Assembly (NCBI RefSeq): GCF_964194155.1
Contig: NC_135906.1
Location: forward strand, 19,840,001 to 19,904,000
DNA from: Cetorhinus maximus
Lineage: Eukaryota
DNA length: 64,000 nucleotides
Reading direction: 5' to 3'
Below are positions 25,418 to 39,234 of this stretch, in pieces. The notes under the pieces are model-generated. The model ran no database searches. It was not told the DNA's origin and was given only the letters and a program-made list of their open reading frames with translations. Position numbers and translations under genes: made by a program. Positions within the stretch are counted from its first letter, which is position 1, and each line of letters begins with the position of its first letter.

Positions 25418-27375
25418 TGGGGGGGGGGATAATACAGTGTATCCTGGGGGGGGGGGGGGGGAATAATACAGTGTATCCTGGGGGGGGGGGGGGGGGGGGA
25501 TAATACAGTGTATCCTGGGGGGGGGGGGGGGGGGGATAATACAGTGTATCCTGGGGGGGGGGATAATACAGTGTATCCTGGGGGGGGGATAATACAGTGT
25601 ATCCTGGGGGGGGGGGGGATAATACAGTGTATCCTGGGGGGGGGGGGATAATACAGTGTATCCTGGGGGGGGGGGATAATACAGTGTATCCTGGGGGGGG
25701 GGGGGATAATACAGTGTATCCTGGGGGGGGGGGGGGATAATACAGTGTATCCTGGGGGGGGGGGGGGGGGGGATAATACAGTGTATCCTGGGGGGGGGGG
25801 ATAATACAGTGTATCCTGGGGGGGGGGATAATACAGTGTATCCTGGGGGGGGGGGGATAATACAGTGTATCCTGGGGGGGGGGGGGATAATACAGTGTAT
25901 CCTGGGGGGGGGGGGGGGGGATAATACAGTGTATCCTGGGGGGGGGGGGGATAATACAGTGTATCCTTGGGGGGGGGATAATACAGTGTATCCTGGGGGG
26001 GGGGGGGATAATACAGTGTATTCTGGGGGGGGGGTAATATAGTGTATCCTGGGGGGGGGGATAATAATAGTGTATCCTGGGGGGGGGGGGATAATACAGT
26101 GTATCCTGGGGGGGGGGGGGGATAATACAGTGTATCCTGGGGAAAGGGGGGGGGGTATACAGTGTATCCTGTGGAAAGGGGGGGGGGGTATACAGTGTAT
26201 CCTGGGGGGGGGGGGATAATACAGTGTATCCTGGGGAAAGGGGGGGGGGTATACAGTGTATCCTGTGGAAAGGGGGGGGGGTATACAGTGTATCCTGTGG
26301 AAAGGGGGGGGGGTATACAGTGTATCCTGGGGGGGGGGGGGATAATACAGTGTATCCTGGGGGGGGGGGGATAATACAGTGTATCCTGGGGAAAGGGGGG
26401 GGGGTATACAGTGTATCCTGTGGAAAGGGGGGGGGGTATACAGTGTATCCTGTGGAAAGGGGGGGGGTATACAGTGTATCCTGGGGGGGGGGGGGGATAA
26501 TACAGTGTATCCTGGGGAAAGGGGGGGGGTATACAGTGTATCCTGTGGAAAGGGGGGGGGGTATACAGTGTATCCTGGGGGAAGGGGGGGGTTATACAGT
26601 GTATCCTGGGGGAAGGGGGGGTGGGTATACAGTGTATCCTGGGGAAAGGGGGGTGGGTATACAGTGTATCCTGGGGGGGGGGGGGGGGAGATAATACAGT
26701 GTATCCTGGGGGGGGGGATAATACAGTGTATCCTGGGGGGGGGGATAATACAGTGTATCCTGGGGGGGGGGGATAATACAGTGTATCCTGGGGGGGGGGG
26801 GGGGGATAATACAGTGTATCCTGGGGGGGGGGGGATAATACAGTGTATCCTGGGGGGGGGGGATAATACAGTGTATCCTGGGGGAAGGGGAGGGGGGTAT
26901 ACAGTGTATCCTGGGGGAAGGGGGGGGGGTATACAGTGTATCCTGGGGGAAGCGGGGGGGGGTATACAGTGTATCCTTGGGGGGGGGGGGTGCTATACAG
27001 TGTATCCTGGGGAAAGGGGGGGGTGGTATACAGTGTATCCTGGGGAAAGGGGGGGGGGGTATACAGTGTATCCTGGGGAAAGGGGGGGGGGGTATACAGT
27101 GTATCCTGGGGAAAGGGGGGGGCGGTATACAGTGTATCCTGGGGAAAGGGGGGGGGGGTATACAGTGTATCCTGGGGAAAGGGGGGGGGGGTATACAGTG
27201 TATCCTGGGGAAAGGGGGGGGGGGTATACAGTGTATCCTGGGGAAAGGGGGGGGCGGTATACAGTGTATCCTGGGGAAAGGGGGGGGGGTATACAGTGTA
27301 TCCTGGGGAAAGGGGGGGGTGGTATACAGTGTATCCTGGGGAAAGGGGGGGGGGGTATACAGTGTATCCTGGGGG
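25418..27375. repeat. G-rich minisatellite: constant core (AT)ACAGTGTATCCT plus variable poly-G
   Basis: Roughly 60 units of about 28-36 bp; two subtypes (gataatacag.. and gaaagg..gtatacag..). Confidence 0.95.
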
Positions 27376-28467
27376 AAGGAGGGGGATTCCCAATCGATAC
27401 ATTGGCGAGTTATTGTATACTTTCTCTCAGCGATGGTCTGGATACATTGTTTTTCTTGGTGTTGCAGTGATGGGATTTTCAAGGTTTTTTTTATTGTTTG
27501 GAGGTGGAGGTGAGTCTCTCCTGCCTGCCAGGCTGTTGTTTAACCAATGCTGAGAAATTGCCCCCCTGTCCCTCTGTGACAGGCAGCGGAGCACTGGGAG
27601 GGAGGGGTTATCTTCTCGATGTAATACTTTATTTTGAAAAGGGTGGAGGGAGATTAGGAAGGAGAAGGTGAGCCCCAAGGCACTTTTACCATAACCAGTA
27701 CAGATTGAGAACAAAAATCAATCAGCTTTTCTGCACGAGCACCCCCCCCTCTCCTCAAATCCTGGCAGCAAATTTTGGAAATGTTCAGTTAAAGGATTTT
27801 CAACATGGAAACAGACACTCCTCCCTCCCTACTGCCCTCCAGATCATGGAGAAACCTGACACTGACTGATCAGCTGTCAGACTCGTCGTCCAAAATAAAA
27901 GGTAGAAAGAAAACTGACCAGCTTGTTTTAACGTGAAACCAATTCAGGACTTGGGCAGAGGGAGATTTCTCAGTCTCCATCAGTTGCAGCTCAAGTGAGT
28001 TTCCAAGCTAATTATTTTAGTTTTTGGAGGGGGGGGGGGTGGAGGTGGGGGGGGGAATGGTGGTTAAACTGTTATGCTTTTGTGTCCCCTCTGTATTTTC
28101 ACTGGATCCAGCCGATCCCACCATTGACAGAGGGCTGCAAAGGACTTCCTGCAAAGTACAGTGATCCTGTCTCTCCACTCCCTTTTGTAGCTGCATGTTT
28201 GGAGTATTAGTTACCAGCAAAAAAAGTTTGATGACTCCTATTGCACGTTAAGGTTCCGGGGACTCGCTTGACTCCTTGTGAAAGGAGAGATGGAAGGATT
28301 GAGCAGCGTGAGGCCTTCTGTCTAGTCAGGGTCAGTGGTGGTGTGTGAATGGTCAAGGGAAGGATCAGGAAGGCCAACGATAGCATTGGTGTCAGTGCTG
28401 TGACAGGTCTGAATCGAAGATTCTGTGAACCGATGGTGAGAGAGGGACACGGAAAGAAAGTCGCGCA

Positions 28468-28795
28468 TTCATATAGCAACTTTCATAACCTCAGGATGCC
28501 CCAAAGCCCTTTACAACCAAAGAAGTACTTTTGAAGTGTAACCACTGTTGTAATGGAGGAAACATGAAAGCCAATATGTGCACAGCAAGCTCCCACAAAC
28601 AAATGTGATAATGACCAGATAATTTATGATTAAGTGATGTTTTTGTAGAATCATTGACAGGTTACAGCACAAGTTGGTTGGGGGACGGATATTGGCCAGG
28701 ACACTGGGGAAGAACTCCCTCTGCTTTTTAGTCGAAACAGTGACATCCATCTTTTACATCCCCATGGTCTCATTTGAAAGACAGCTGGGAAGTGA
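28468..28795 (-). mobile_element. Deu-domain SINE fragment
   Basis: Same body and tail as the copy at 10950. Confidence 0.7.
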
Positions 28796-30779
28796 CATGT
28801 TGAACCAGATGATCTATATAAATTCAGAAGAAAATCTCTACACATCAATGAATAAATTCCTGGAATAGTTCGCTTGATTGGGCAATCAAGGTAATGGCAT
28901 TTGCAGTGCTACAAATATAGGTAGATGCTGCAATGAAAAAGTTGGGATAGTAGCTGAAAGTTAATGGGCTGAAAAGTCCTCTTCTCATTCTGACTTTCCT
29001 TCCAATCTTGTCTAATCAGAAGGCTGAGAGTGCAGTTGAACTGTTCCTGTGTGTGCATTCTTCTCTATCAGGCACTAACCCCATTTCCTTACTGAACTGA
29101 AAATGTTTATTTTTCCTTCCTCTGATGTTTCAACAACAACTTGTGTTTAAATAGCACCTTTAACGTATTAACAAGTCCCAAGGTGTTCCACAGGGAACAT
29201 CATCAGACAGTATTTGACATTGAGCCACATGAGGATATGTTAGGATGGGTGACCAAATGCTTGGTCAGAGAGGTGGGTTTTTAAAGAGTGTCTGAAAAGG
29301 AGGAGAGAGAGGTTTGGCGAGGGAATTTCAGAGCGTAGAGCCCGGGCAGCTGAAGACATGGCTGCTAATTCAGGAGCAAAGAAATTGAGGGTGTGCAGGA
29401 GCCTGGAACTTCAGGTCTGTATAAATTAATTACTCACTGGTGTAGCCAGGCATTTGTTTTTTTTTGTTGTTCATTCACAAGCTGTCAAAAGCAGTATTTG
29501 TTACCCTTTCCTAATTGCCCTTGAGAAGGCGGTGGTGAGCTGCCTTCTTGAACCGCTGCAGTCCATGTGGTGTAAGTACATCCACAGCGCTGTTAGGAAA
29601 GGAATTCCAGGTTTTTGACCCAGCGTCACTGAAAGAGCTGCCAATGTAGTTTCAAGTCAGGTGGCTTGGAGGTGAACTTGGTGGTGTTCCCATGCACCTG
29701 CTGCCCTTGTCCTTCTGGTCAGTAGAGGGTGTGGGTTTGACAGGAACTGTCAAAGGAGCCTTGGTGAGTTGCTGCCGTGCATCATGTGGTGGAGGGAGTG
29801 AATGTTTAAGGTGGTGGATAGGGTGCCACTCAAAGCAGGCTGCTTTGCCCTGGATGCTGTAGAGCTTCTGGAGTGGTGTGATCAATTAATGGCTGTTCGT
29901 TTGAAATTTTTTTTTACGCAATGAAATGTTGTCAAACTTTCATAAAATTCTTGTTTGGAGGTTAGGGTGTGTAATCTGCATGTTGAAGCAGGTAAACTTG
30001 TAGTGAATTAATGCCTCTTTCTGTGATGCATGATTCATTTCACAGGGACCTCTTTTGCAGTGTGAAATAAGCAATGACCTTGTGTATAATGGAACCAGTA
30101 CAAACAGAGCTGCCTTATTTTGAAGAGAGGGGGTAGTTAAATGCTGCAGTTAAGCCTATATACAACTGATGGAGTGAAATATGGAATTACACAATATTGA
30201 TTATTTAACATTCTGACTCTGGCTTTGGAGGAACATTAAATTGGTGAATAATTGCGAGGTCCCTGTACTTAGCCTGCTACGGTGAGTTTTACCTTTTGCT
30301 CTGATGGATGCGTTATATTTGGCAATAGTTTCCAAATATTCTGTGTGGATGTTTCCTGCAAATATTGGCACACTCCATCTTAATCTCTGGAAGGCTACCA
30401 AAAAAACTACAGAAAGGAAGAAAGTGCTATAGTTGCTGAAACTTAGTTAACGGCACTTTAAAAATTCATCAGATCTCCAGTGTTACCAAGAAATTGTTGA
30501 GATCCCTCATGAACTCGAGGGGTTTGTGAAGCTTTTTGATTTCAGGTTACCTGATGCGGCTCTAACATGTGCGGATAAGAATCGCAGAATTGTTATGGTG
30601 CAGGAGGAGGCCATTTGGCCCATCGCGTCTGCACCGGCCCGGCTTGCTGAAGGACTAACTCACCTGGTTCCATTCTCCCGCCTTCTCCTCATATCCCTGC
30701 ACCTTCTTCCTTTTCGGATAACAGTCCAATTCCCTTTTGAATATCTCGATTGAACCTGCCTCCACCACGCTCTCCCTCA

Positions 30780-30907
30780 GGCCAGAATGTTCCGGCCCCG
30801 TGGTGGCGGGACCCTCTGCGGTAGATCCGCTGGCCCAGCCAAAAGTCCACTGGCTTCCAGCGGGACTGGGCGATCCTGGCAGTGGGCGGGGTTTGAAAAT
30901 CCCGCCC
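30780..30907. mobile_element. Harbinger-type MITE inserted in a CR1 tail
   Basis: Imperfect TIRs ggccagaatgtt / aaaatcccgccc; 3 bp TSD tca at 30777-30779 and 30908-30910; flanks rejoin as CR1 sequence. Confidence 0.65.
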
Positions 30908-31338
30908 TCAGGCAGAGCATTCCAGACCCTAACCACTCGCTGCGTGTAAAGGTTTTCACTATTGCTTCTTTTACTAATTACTTTAAAATCAGATTTTTCG
31001 TCCCCGCCATTTTTAAAGTGAGATTCATTAGGTTTTGGGGGGGATCCAAGAGGAAATATTGATTGCTGAACTCCTTAGACAGGCCCAAGTTCAGCTTACG
31101 TGCTGATCCACAAGTCAAGATCAGATAGTAAATTGTCTTGAACACCGGATGGTTAAATATCCTTTGGACTACAAACCCAGAGACTGCTTTTATCTGACTT
31201 TACACAAATATATTTTAGTTAGCCTGTGCAAAACTAAACTTTGACCCCCAAATGGTTCGAGATATATATAATTTACAACACAGGAGCAGACCATTTGGCC
31301 CAACCAGACCACATTGGCCTTATCTGCTCCAGAAACAC

Positions 31339-31442
31339 ACAGCTCCTAATGACATTTACCCACCAGCTCCTGATGACATTTACCCACCAGCTCCTGATGA
31401 CATTTACCCACCAGCTCCTAATGACATTTACTCACCAGCTCC
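31339..31442. repeat. 24 bp tandem repeat, about 4 copies
   Basis: cagctcctgatgacatttacccac. Confidence 0.9.
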
Positions 31443-31519
31443 ACATCCCTTTAACCTCTTTTCCTCCATTCACCTACCTAACCCAATCCTGGTGAATCAT
31501 TTAACTAGGGTTTAGATAA

Positions 31520-33853
31520 GGCTTAAAACTAATTAGTTGCGGGGGGAGGGTTCAATTGAAGGGAAGTTTAAAAAATCAAAAAAGAAATGAGCCAGCAGAA
31601 GTGTGGGGTAGTGAAGAGGTGAATGTTAATCAAAGTATGACAGGTAGGGGCAGAAAATATAAGCAGAAGAGTGCAGCAGAAATTAGAACCAGAATGAGCA
31701 ATAATGGTAAAAAGCCAAAGCTTAAGGCTCTTTATCTGAATGCACGCAGCATTCGCAATAAGATAGATGAGTTGATGGCACAAATAGAAATAAATGAATA
31801 TGACTTGATAGCTATTACAGACACGTGGTTGCAGGGTGACCAAGATTGGGAACTCAATGTTCATGAGTATTAGACGTTCTGGAAAATAGGCAAAAAGGAA
31901 AAGGAGGTGGGGTAGCTTTGTTAATAAAGGAAGATATCAGTGCGGTGATGAGTAGTGATATAGGTGCAATAGATCGTGATGTGGAAATAAGGAATAGCAA
32001 GGGAAAGAATTCATGAGTGGGACTCATCTATAGGCCCCCGTAGAGCTGCCTCACTGTAGGACAAAGTATAAATCGGGAAATAATGGAGGTGTATAAGAAG
32101 GACACTACAATTGTCATGGGTGATTTTAATCTGCATAATGACTGGACAGATCAGATTGGCAGGGGTAACATGGAAGATGAATTTATAGAGTGCATCAGGG
32201 ATTGTTTCTTAGAGCAATACATTGCAGAATCTACCCAGGAACAGGCTAGTTTAGATCTAGTAATGTGTAATGAGGTGGGATTAATAAAAGATATCGTAGT
32301 TAAAGATCCTCTAAGATGTAACGATCATAACATGGTAGAATTTCAAATTCAGTTTGAGAGCAAGCAACTTGAGTCTCAAACCAGTGTCTTCAACTTAAAT
32401 AAGGTTTGGGGGGGTTGGAGTTTAAAAATAGGGCAGTCTTGTTACAAGGGTGTTGATGAGGCTGCTAATGTTCAAGAGGGGAGGGAGTCAAAAGCAGGAA
32501 ACTCTAGGCCAGTCAGCCTAACATCTGTCATTGAGAAAATGCTAGAGTCCATTATTAAGGAAGAAATAGCAGGACATTTAGAAAAGCTTAACGCAATCAA
32601 ACAGAGTCAACATGGTTTTGTGAAGGGAAAATTATGTTTGACAAATTTGCTAGAGTTCTTTGAGGATATAACAAGCAGAGATAATAAAGGGTAACCAGGA
32701 GATGTAGTGCATTTCCAGAAGGCATTCGCTAAGGTGCCACATAAAAGGTTATTGCACAAGATAGGAGCTCATGGTTTTGGGGGTAATGTATTAACATGGA
32801 TTGAGGATTGGTTAACACACAGAAGACAGAGTTGGGTCTTTTTCAGTCTGGAAAGATGTAACTAGTGGAATGCCACAAGGATCAGTCCTAGGGCCTCAAT
32901 TATTTATTATCTATATTAATGACTTGGAGGAGAGGGCAGAGTGTAATGTATCCAAATTTGCTGCTGATACAAAAATAGGTGGCAGGGCATATTGTGATGA
33001 GGGCATAAAGAATCTGCAAGGGGATATAGACAGGTTGAATGAGTGGGCAAAAACTTGGCAGAGTTTAATGTGGGAAATTGAGAGGTAATGCATTTCGGTT
33101 GGGAGAATCAAAAGGTAGACTATTATTTAAATGGAGAGAGACTCCAAAAAGGTGCAGCACAGAGGGATCTGGGTGTTCTTGTGCATGAAACACAAAAGGT
33201 TAGTGTGCAGGTGCAGCAAGTAATTAAGAAGGCAAATGGAATTTTGGCCTGTATTGCTAGGGGTTGGAGTTTAAAAACAGGGAAGTCTTGTACAGGGTGT
33301 TGGTGAGGCTGTACCTGGAGTACTGTGTACAGTTTTGGTCCCCATATTTAAGAAAGGACATACTGGCATTGGAGGCAGTTCAAAAGAGATTCACTAGGCT
33401 GATTCCTGGGATGAAGGGGTTGACTTATCAAAAATGGCTAAACAGGTTAGGCCTTTATTCATTAGAGTTTATAGGAATGAGGGGTGATCTTATTGAAATG
33501 TACAAAATTCCGAGGGGGCTTGACAGGGTAGATGTTGAGAAGATGTTTCTACTAGTGGGGGAGTCTCGAACTAGAGGTCATAGTTACAGAATAAGGGGAC
33601 ACTCATTTAAAACTGAGATGTGAAGGAATTTCTTCTCTGAGGGTAGTGAGTGTCTGGAATTCTCTACCCCAGAGAGTGGTGGAGGCTAGATCACTGAAAG
33701 TATTTAAAGACGAGGTAGATTTTTGAAATATCCCGGTGTTGAGGTCTATGAGGAGCTAGCACGAAAGAGGCCGATCAGCCATGATCTTATTGAATGGTGG
33801 GGCAGGCTTGAGGGGCCGAATGGCCTACTCCTCCCATTTCTTATGTTCTTATG
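31520..33853 (+). mobile_element. Decayed CR1 LINE (APE endonuclease plus RT) with an internal deletion near 32400-32480
   Basis: LYLNARSIRNK, IAITDTWL, MGDFN, RPVSLTS, PQGSVLGP, SKFAADTK and LVRLYLEYC; 3' tail ttatgttcttatg. Confidence 0.92.
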
Positions 33854-36349
33854 AACATGGGTTTGCCTGAATAACATTTACAGACACTCTGGTTTCAAAT
33901 ATCCTGTGCTAACTAACCTCCCATCCCCTGAAGGTAACACTTGCTCTTCAATTCTTATATGTAATAATGTTGAAGGAGATTGACTCAAATCTATATTTGA
34001 TGAAAATATCTTAACGTCTGGCTGCATTTCCTGTCCATACTACTTGACTTCCTGTTTAATTCTTACCACTGTTTGTGTTAATGTTTTGCCTTATTCTGGA
34101 GTCCTCTGTCCGCATTTATAATTTTAAAAATATTTTTTCATGGGATACGGGTGTCTCTGGAAAAGCCCATCCCCCATAAACTGTGGAACCTGGCTGCTAC
34201 TCAGATTTTGAATTTTTCCATTTTAATTTTCCATTGGAATTTTAAGGCCCAAAATAAGTGATTTTTTTTTTAAAAAAAAATCTAAATTATATATTTATAA
34301 ATAGTGATTAAAAAGTGATTTAAAAAAAAAATCAACGTATTAACCAAATGGAAGCTTTCAGTTTCTCCCAACGCAGCCTGGATTTCAAGTTGTTGATTTG
34401 TCTTCTGAGCTGGGGATTATGCAGTCTGAGCATAAACATTGCAATTTGTAACGAGATGTGTCGGTCTGGGTCAGCTACATGAGGCAATATTTAAGCTTGG
34501 GCGATAATGCTTTCTGACCAGGAGCTTTCTTTCAGATAATTTTGAAGAAGAAGCGGGCCAAGGTTGTAGGAGTGGAAGTGTCTAGTTGTGACACTACAGG
34601 CATCAGCAGCATGGGACAGGCTTGATCGGCTAACTGGTCTATTCCTGCCCTTTGTTTTCGGATGTGTATAAATTTCAAAAGGCTATCTGAGGTAGAATTC
34701 ATATTGTCTTCCTCTTCAAAAGAGAGGTGTGAGTGTATGAGAGAGAAAAACATTGGCAGACAGTGTCTTTCCTCATTCTAATTTGATTTTATTAAGTTTA
34801 ACTTTGAAAGCAAATAGTTATAAATATTAGAGAAGATGGAGACAACAGGCCAAACTGGTGGGAATAACAGGGAAACTGGTTTAAAATGAGAATTAGTGGC
34901 CTTTAAAGCACCTACAGTTGGAAAGGCCTAGAAAGTGGGCAGCTGATTTAAGATTAAGATGACACAGCTGACAAGTGGATCTTAGTATTGCTCAGAAGGA
35001 AAAATTTAAAAGAAAAATTGAGGATTCTACAAAAACTGATTTTATTGTAAGAAGGGTCGCCTATTTTTCACAGAGCAATCATTGAGGTTTCTGCTTTCTC
35101 TGAAGTTCAACTGTATGCCTTTCTTTTACGTTTTACTCTGATACCAAAGCTACTCTGACACAATCTAACGAGTATGTTCCCTTGCTGAAAGGCAGCAAAA
35201 GCTCTGTCTGGACTTGCTGGGGAACTCCCTGCCACTAGCTGTTGCCACAAACACACACAAGTAAATGTGCGATGGAATTAAGGTGAAAAGTCACCATTCC
35301 ACAAATAAGATATAGAATGAATAGACTGAGACAGCCCAATTTCCTGCTTCATAAAACTCATAAATAGTATGTAAACGATTGAAACTTTAGTAAACTCAAC
35401 CTGACAACCTATGATCTATGGACTTTAATATAGAGAACAATAGCTCTTTTATGTCTATTTTTAGATTGAGGAGACCTGCATTTTGCAACATATTGTAAAT
35501 ATTTGTATACTGAAATGATCATAATGCAATCATTTTGTCTTATGGACAATTAAAATAAAATGTAATTATAACTATATCATGAATTAGGATTATTTTATAA
35601 TTTAATTTTAATTGTCTATAACTCAAATTCTGATTACTTGTTTTATTTGTATCATCATTACAATTTGGCGCCAGCTGACATGATAATTATAATTCTTCAA
35701 TAAACCAGTTATCTATTTACTTATCTCTACTAAATTTACTGGAAGCAAAGTCAAAGGGAGTCTACTGTTTGCAGAAGGTGTTCCTCATGCTTCTCTCTCT
35801 TCCTAAAGAAAATTCCAACAGTCTGTACTGTGAAAGATTGTTTCTGTGATCTGTTCTTAGAGTCACGGGAGGCTTGCATTTCAGATTTCTTAAACTTGAT
35901 GTGGGATGCTATTAGGCTAACGAGGAATAAAACCCTTGTACTTTCCCTATGTGTTGCTCTAATCATAAAATCCTGAGTCTATTTCTTCAGCAAAGATCAT
36001 CAGAGAGTGATAAGTATTCACTCTGTGGCATGGTGGAAGTCTCTGAATAAGGAGATTATACCTGGGCTGTTTTAGACCTGAAGTGGACAACATTAGAATG
36101 AAGTATTGGAATTGATAAAGTGCCTTGTATGGCCTCAGAAAAGGACCACAGTCTTAAATTGCAGCCAGTATTTTGTAGGCTAATGCAGATGCTAGTCTGA
36201 GCACAGTAATGTCCCACAAACAGCAAAGGGACCAGTGTCCGAGTTAATCTGAATTTTGTTTCGATGGGAGAGAGGGATTTCTTTAGAATCTTTACATTTA
36301 GAATCTTTACATTTGCCTGGACAAGTAGATGGGCCTTTGGTTCAGTATA

Positions 36350-36925
36350 AGAATATGAGAAATAGGAGCAGGAGTTGGCCATTTGACCCCTCGAGCCTGC
36401 TCCGCCATTCAATAAAATCATGGCTGATCTGTTTGTGCTTTGAGTTCTACATTCCCATCTACCCCGATAACCTTTGATTCCCTTGTTTAACGAGAATCTA
36501 TCTACCTCCGCCTTAAAAATATTCAGTGACCCCACCTCCACCACCTTCTGAGGCAGAGAGTTCCAAAGTCGCACAGCCCTCGGAGAGAAAAATGTTCTTC
36601 TCTTCTCTGTCCTAAAAGGGTGAACCCTAATTTTAAAACAGTGTTCCCTAGTTCTGGACTCTCACTCACATGAGGAAACATCCTTTCAACGTCCACCTTG
36701 TCGAGGCTGTTCAGGACCTTGCACACTTCAATCAAATCACCCCTCACTCTTCTAAACTCCGGTGGAAACAAGCCCAGTCTGTCCAACCTTTCCTCATAAG
36801 ACAACCCACTCGTTCCAGATATCAGTTTAGTAAAACTCCTCTGAACCACCTGCAACGCATTTACATCCTTCCTGAAATAAAGAGACCAAAACTGCACACA
36901 GCGTTCGAGATGCAGTCTCACCTGT
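36350..36925 (-). mobile_element. CR1 LINE 3' fragment
   Basis: RLHLERCVQFWS..LSYEERLDRLGLF; CR1 tail. Confidence 0.85.
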
Positions 36926-38016
36926 ATAACTGAACCCAAGAGGAACATCTCTGATAATGTACTGAATTGGCACCTGAACTGACAACTTTCAGTCCGAAGA
37001 GGCAAGGGTGTTTACTGAGCCAGGTTATCGAACAGGACAAGTGATTATTGATTACTTCTATGAACTAGCAGCTAGGCAACAATCAATTTGAGAGAGCTGC
37101 TTAAAAAAACCCCACAAACAGATCAGCAGCTTGTCTGTTTTTAATTAAGAGCCGCACTAGAGGGGAGAGAGATGAAGGTGTAGTTATCACTGTATTTGAA
37201 CATTGTTTATATTGCTGTGTGTGTGGACATCAAATGAAACTCTAAGTGCTGCTGTACCTGTGACAAAAGCAGTGTTTTTTTTTCTCTGTAGGTTTTCAGA
37301 GTGAAAATAAAGTCAAGGTTAAAGTGATTTACCCTGTCCAACAGGAACAGTTTGAAATTTCTAGAATTATTAAAGGGAGCAAGATTAGTGTCCAATCTGT
37401 ATGCCTTTTGTGCTTTCAATTTACCCTGAACTCAGTGTTTTGAAGGATGGTGAGGAGTGGGCGTGGGGTGGTGGTGGTGTAGAAACTGTGGTAATCAGCT
37501 CAAGGGGAACTGAGAAAAACTGCTAGAAAGATTTACAAGAATGTTATCAAAACTGAGCCGTTGGGCTATTTGAAATGATTGAACAAGCTGGGGGGCTACA
37601 TTGGCAAAAGCTGAGGGATGACTTAAACTCCTTCATCATTCTAAAGACCTCTGGAGATATGGTAGGAATAGAGAGATTTTCATTTGTGGAGGAGTCCAAA
37701 ACTAGGATCATAAATATAAGATAGTCACTAATAAATCCAACAGGGAATTCAGGAGAAACCTCTTCACCCAGAGAGTGGTGAGAATGTGGAACTGACTACG
37801 ACGGAATAGTTGGAGAATAATGTAGACACATTTAAGGGGAAAGCTGGTCAAGGAGCTAGTGCTCAAAGATGGAATATGGTGAGCTGAGGCTTGAGTGAAA
37901 CATAAACACAGGAATGGACCTTCGCAATAGCTTGGTGAGTAATTATATCACTAGGGCTGGTACTGAGACAGGCAGACTGGAAGCTCACAGGTTTGATTCC
38001 TGAACTGTGCTGCACT

Positions 38017-38408
38017 GGCTGATCTTAACCAGGGATAGGAACTGTGCCTCATTGGCTGATTTTGACCAGGGACAGGAACTGTGCCTCATTGGCTGATCTT
38101 GACCAGGGACAGGAACTGTGCCTCATTGGCTGATCTTGACCAGGGACAGGAACTGTGCCTCATTGGCTGATCTTGACCAGGGACAGGAACTGTGCCTCAT
38201 TGGCTGATCTTGACCAGGGACAGGAACTGTGCCTCATTGGCTGATCTTGACCAGGGACAGGAACTGTGCCTCATTGGCTGATCTTGACCAGGGACAGGAA
38301 CTGTGCCTCATTGGCTGATCTTGACCAGGGACAGGAACTGTGCCTCATTGGCTGATCTTGACCAGGGACAGGAACTGTGCCTCATTGGCTGATCTTGACC
38401 AGGGACAG
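38017..38408. repeat. 37 bp minisatellite, about 10.5 nearly identical copies
   Basis: ggctgatcttgaccagggacaggaactgtgcctcatt; period 37 (38091, 38128, ...). Confidence 0.95.
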
Positions 38409-38599
38409 CAGCAAGGGACTACCGTTCACCTCGGAAAGCAGGGGCTGGGGAGCAGAATGATCAGACAAGTTTCTTCTATTGTGACTGTGATTGAGAAACC
38501 CCATTTCAAAAGTATGTATGCATGGACACAAGGCAAGAGGAGAATTGGGGCACTGATCGTGTTTGGGTCCCTCGCTGAGATTGCAGTTCATCACATTGG

Positions 38600-39020
38600 A
38601 GAGTCTTACATTTCTGCGGTACTTTTCATGATCTCACGATGCCCCACACCTGTTTTCAGTAAATGACGTAGTTTCGAAGTGTAGTCACTGTTGTAATATA
38701 GGAAACATGGTCATTTGCACAAGCAGCAGTGAGATAATGAGCAGGTAATCTGTTTTGGTGATGTTGGTTAGGGAATAAATATTGGCCAGAACAGAGAATA
38801 GAACCCCCTGCTCTTCTTTTGAAATAATGTTCTGGGATCTTTTACTTTTATTTGCGAGGGCAGGCAGGGTCTTAGTTGAACGTGTCTATTGAAAGACGGC
38901 ATCCCCATCAGCACGTTGGTACCGCACTGGAGCACCAGCCTAGATATGTACTCGGGTCTCCAGCGTGAGACTTGAACCCACGACCTACTGACTCAGGTTG
39001 GAGTGCTACCAAGCCACAGT
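38600..39020 (-). mobile_element. Deu-domain SINE with tRNA-like head
   Basis: Deu core plus B-box-like cttgaaccca on the plus strand near 38971. Confidence 0.7.
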
Positions 39021-39234
39021 TGAGACCTGCCTAACAACACTCGCGATTAAGACTTGCAAGTGAAGAAAATGCCACTTTGATCAGGTGCAAGTGGGTGATT
39101 GGAACTGTATCCTATTGTGTTTGGCTGCCTAGGTGGAGGAGTGAAGCAAATGGTGAGTGGCTGGGATATTCCTGTACTGCTGAGTTTTGATTGATGGACT
39201 AACTACCTCTTTCTACCTTTTTTTTAGGCAGAAA

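Noticed and set aside
25418-27375. CRISPR-like look (constant repeat with variable spacers)
   Set aside because: The spacers are only G homopolymers, there are no cas genes, and the context is vertebrate
24976-27553. Long Pro-rich and Gly-rich ORFs (808, 363 and 296 aa)
   Set aside because: Translations of the poly-G minisatellite; open in several frames on both strands
37353-37367. 3-unit HSE tGAAatTTCtaGAAt
   Set aside because: A 9-base match is expected by chance in 64 kb; no promoter context
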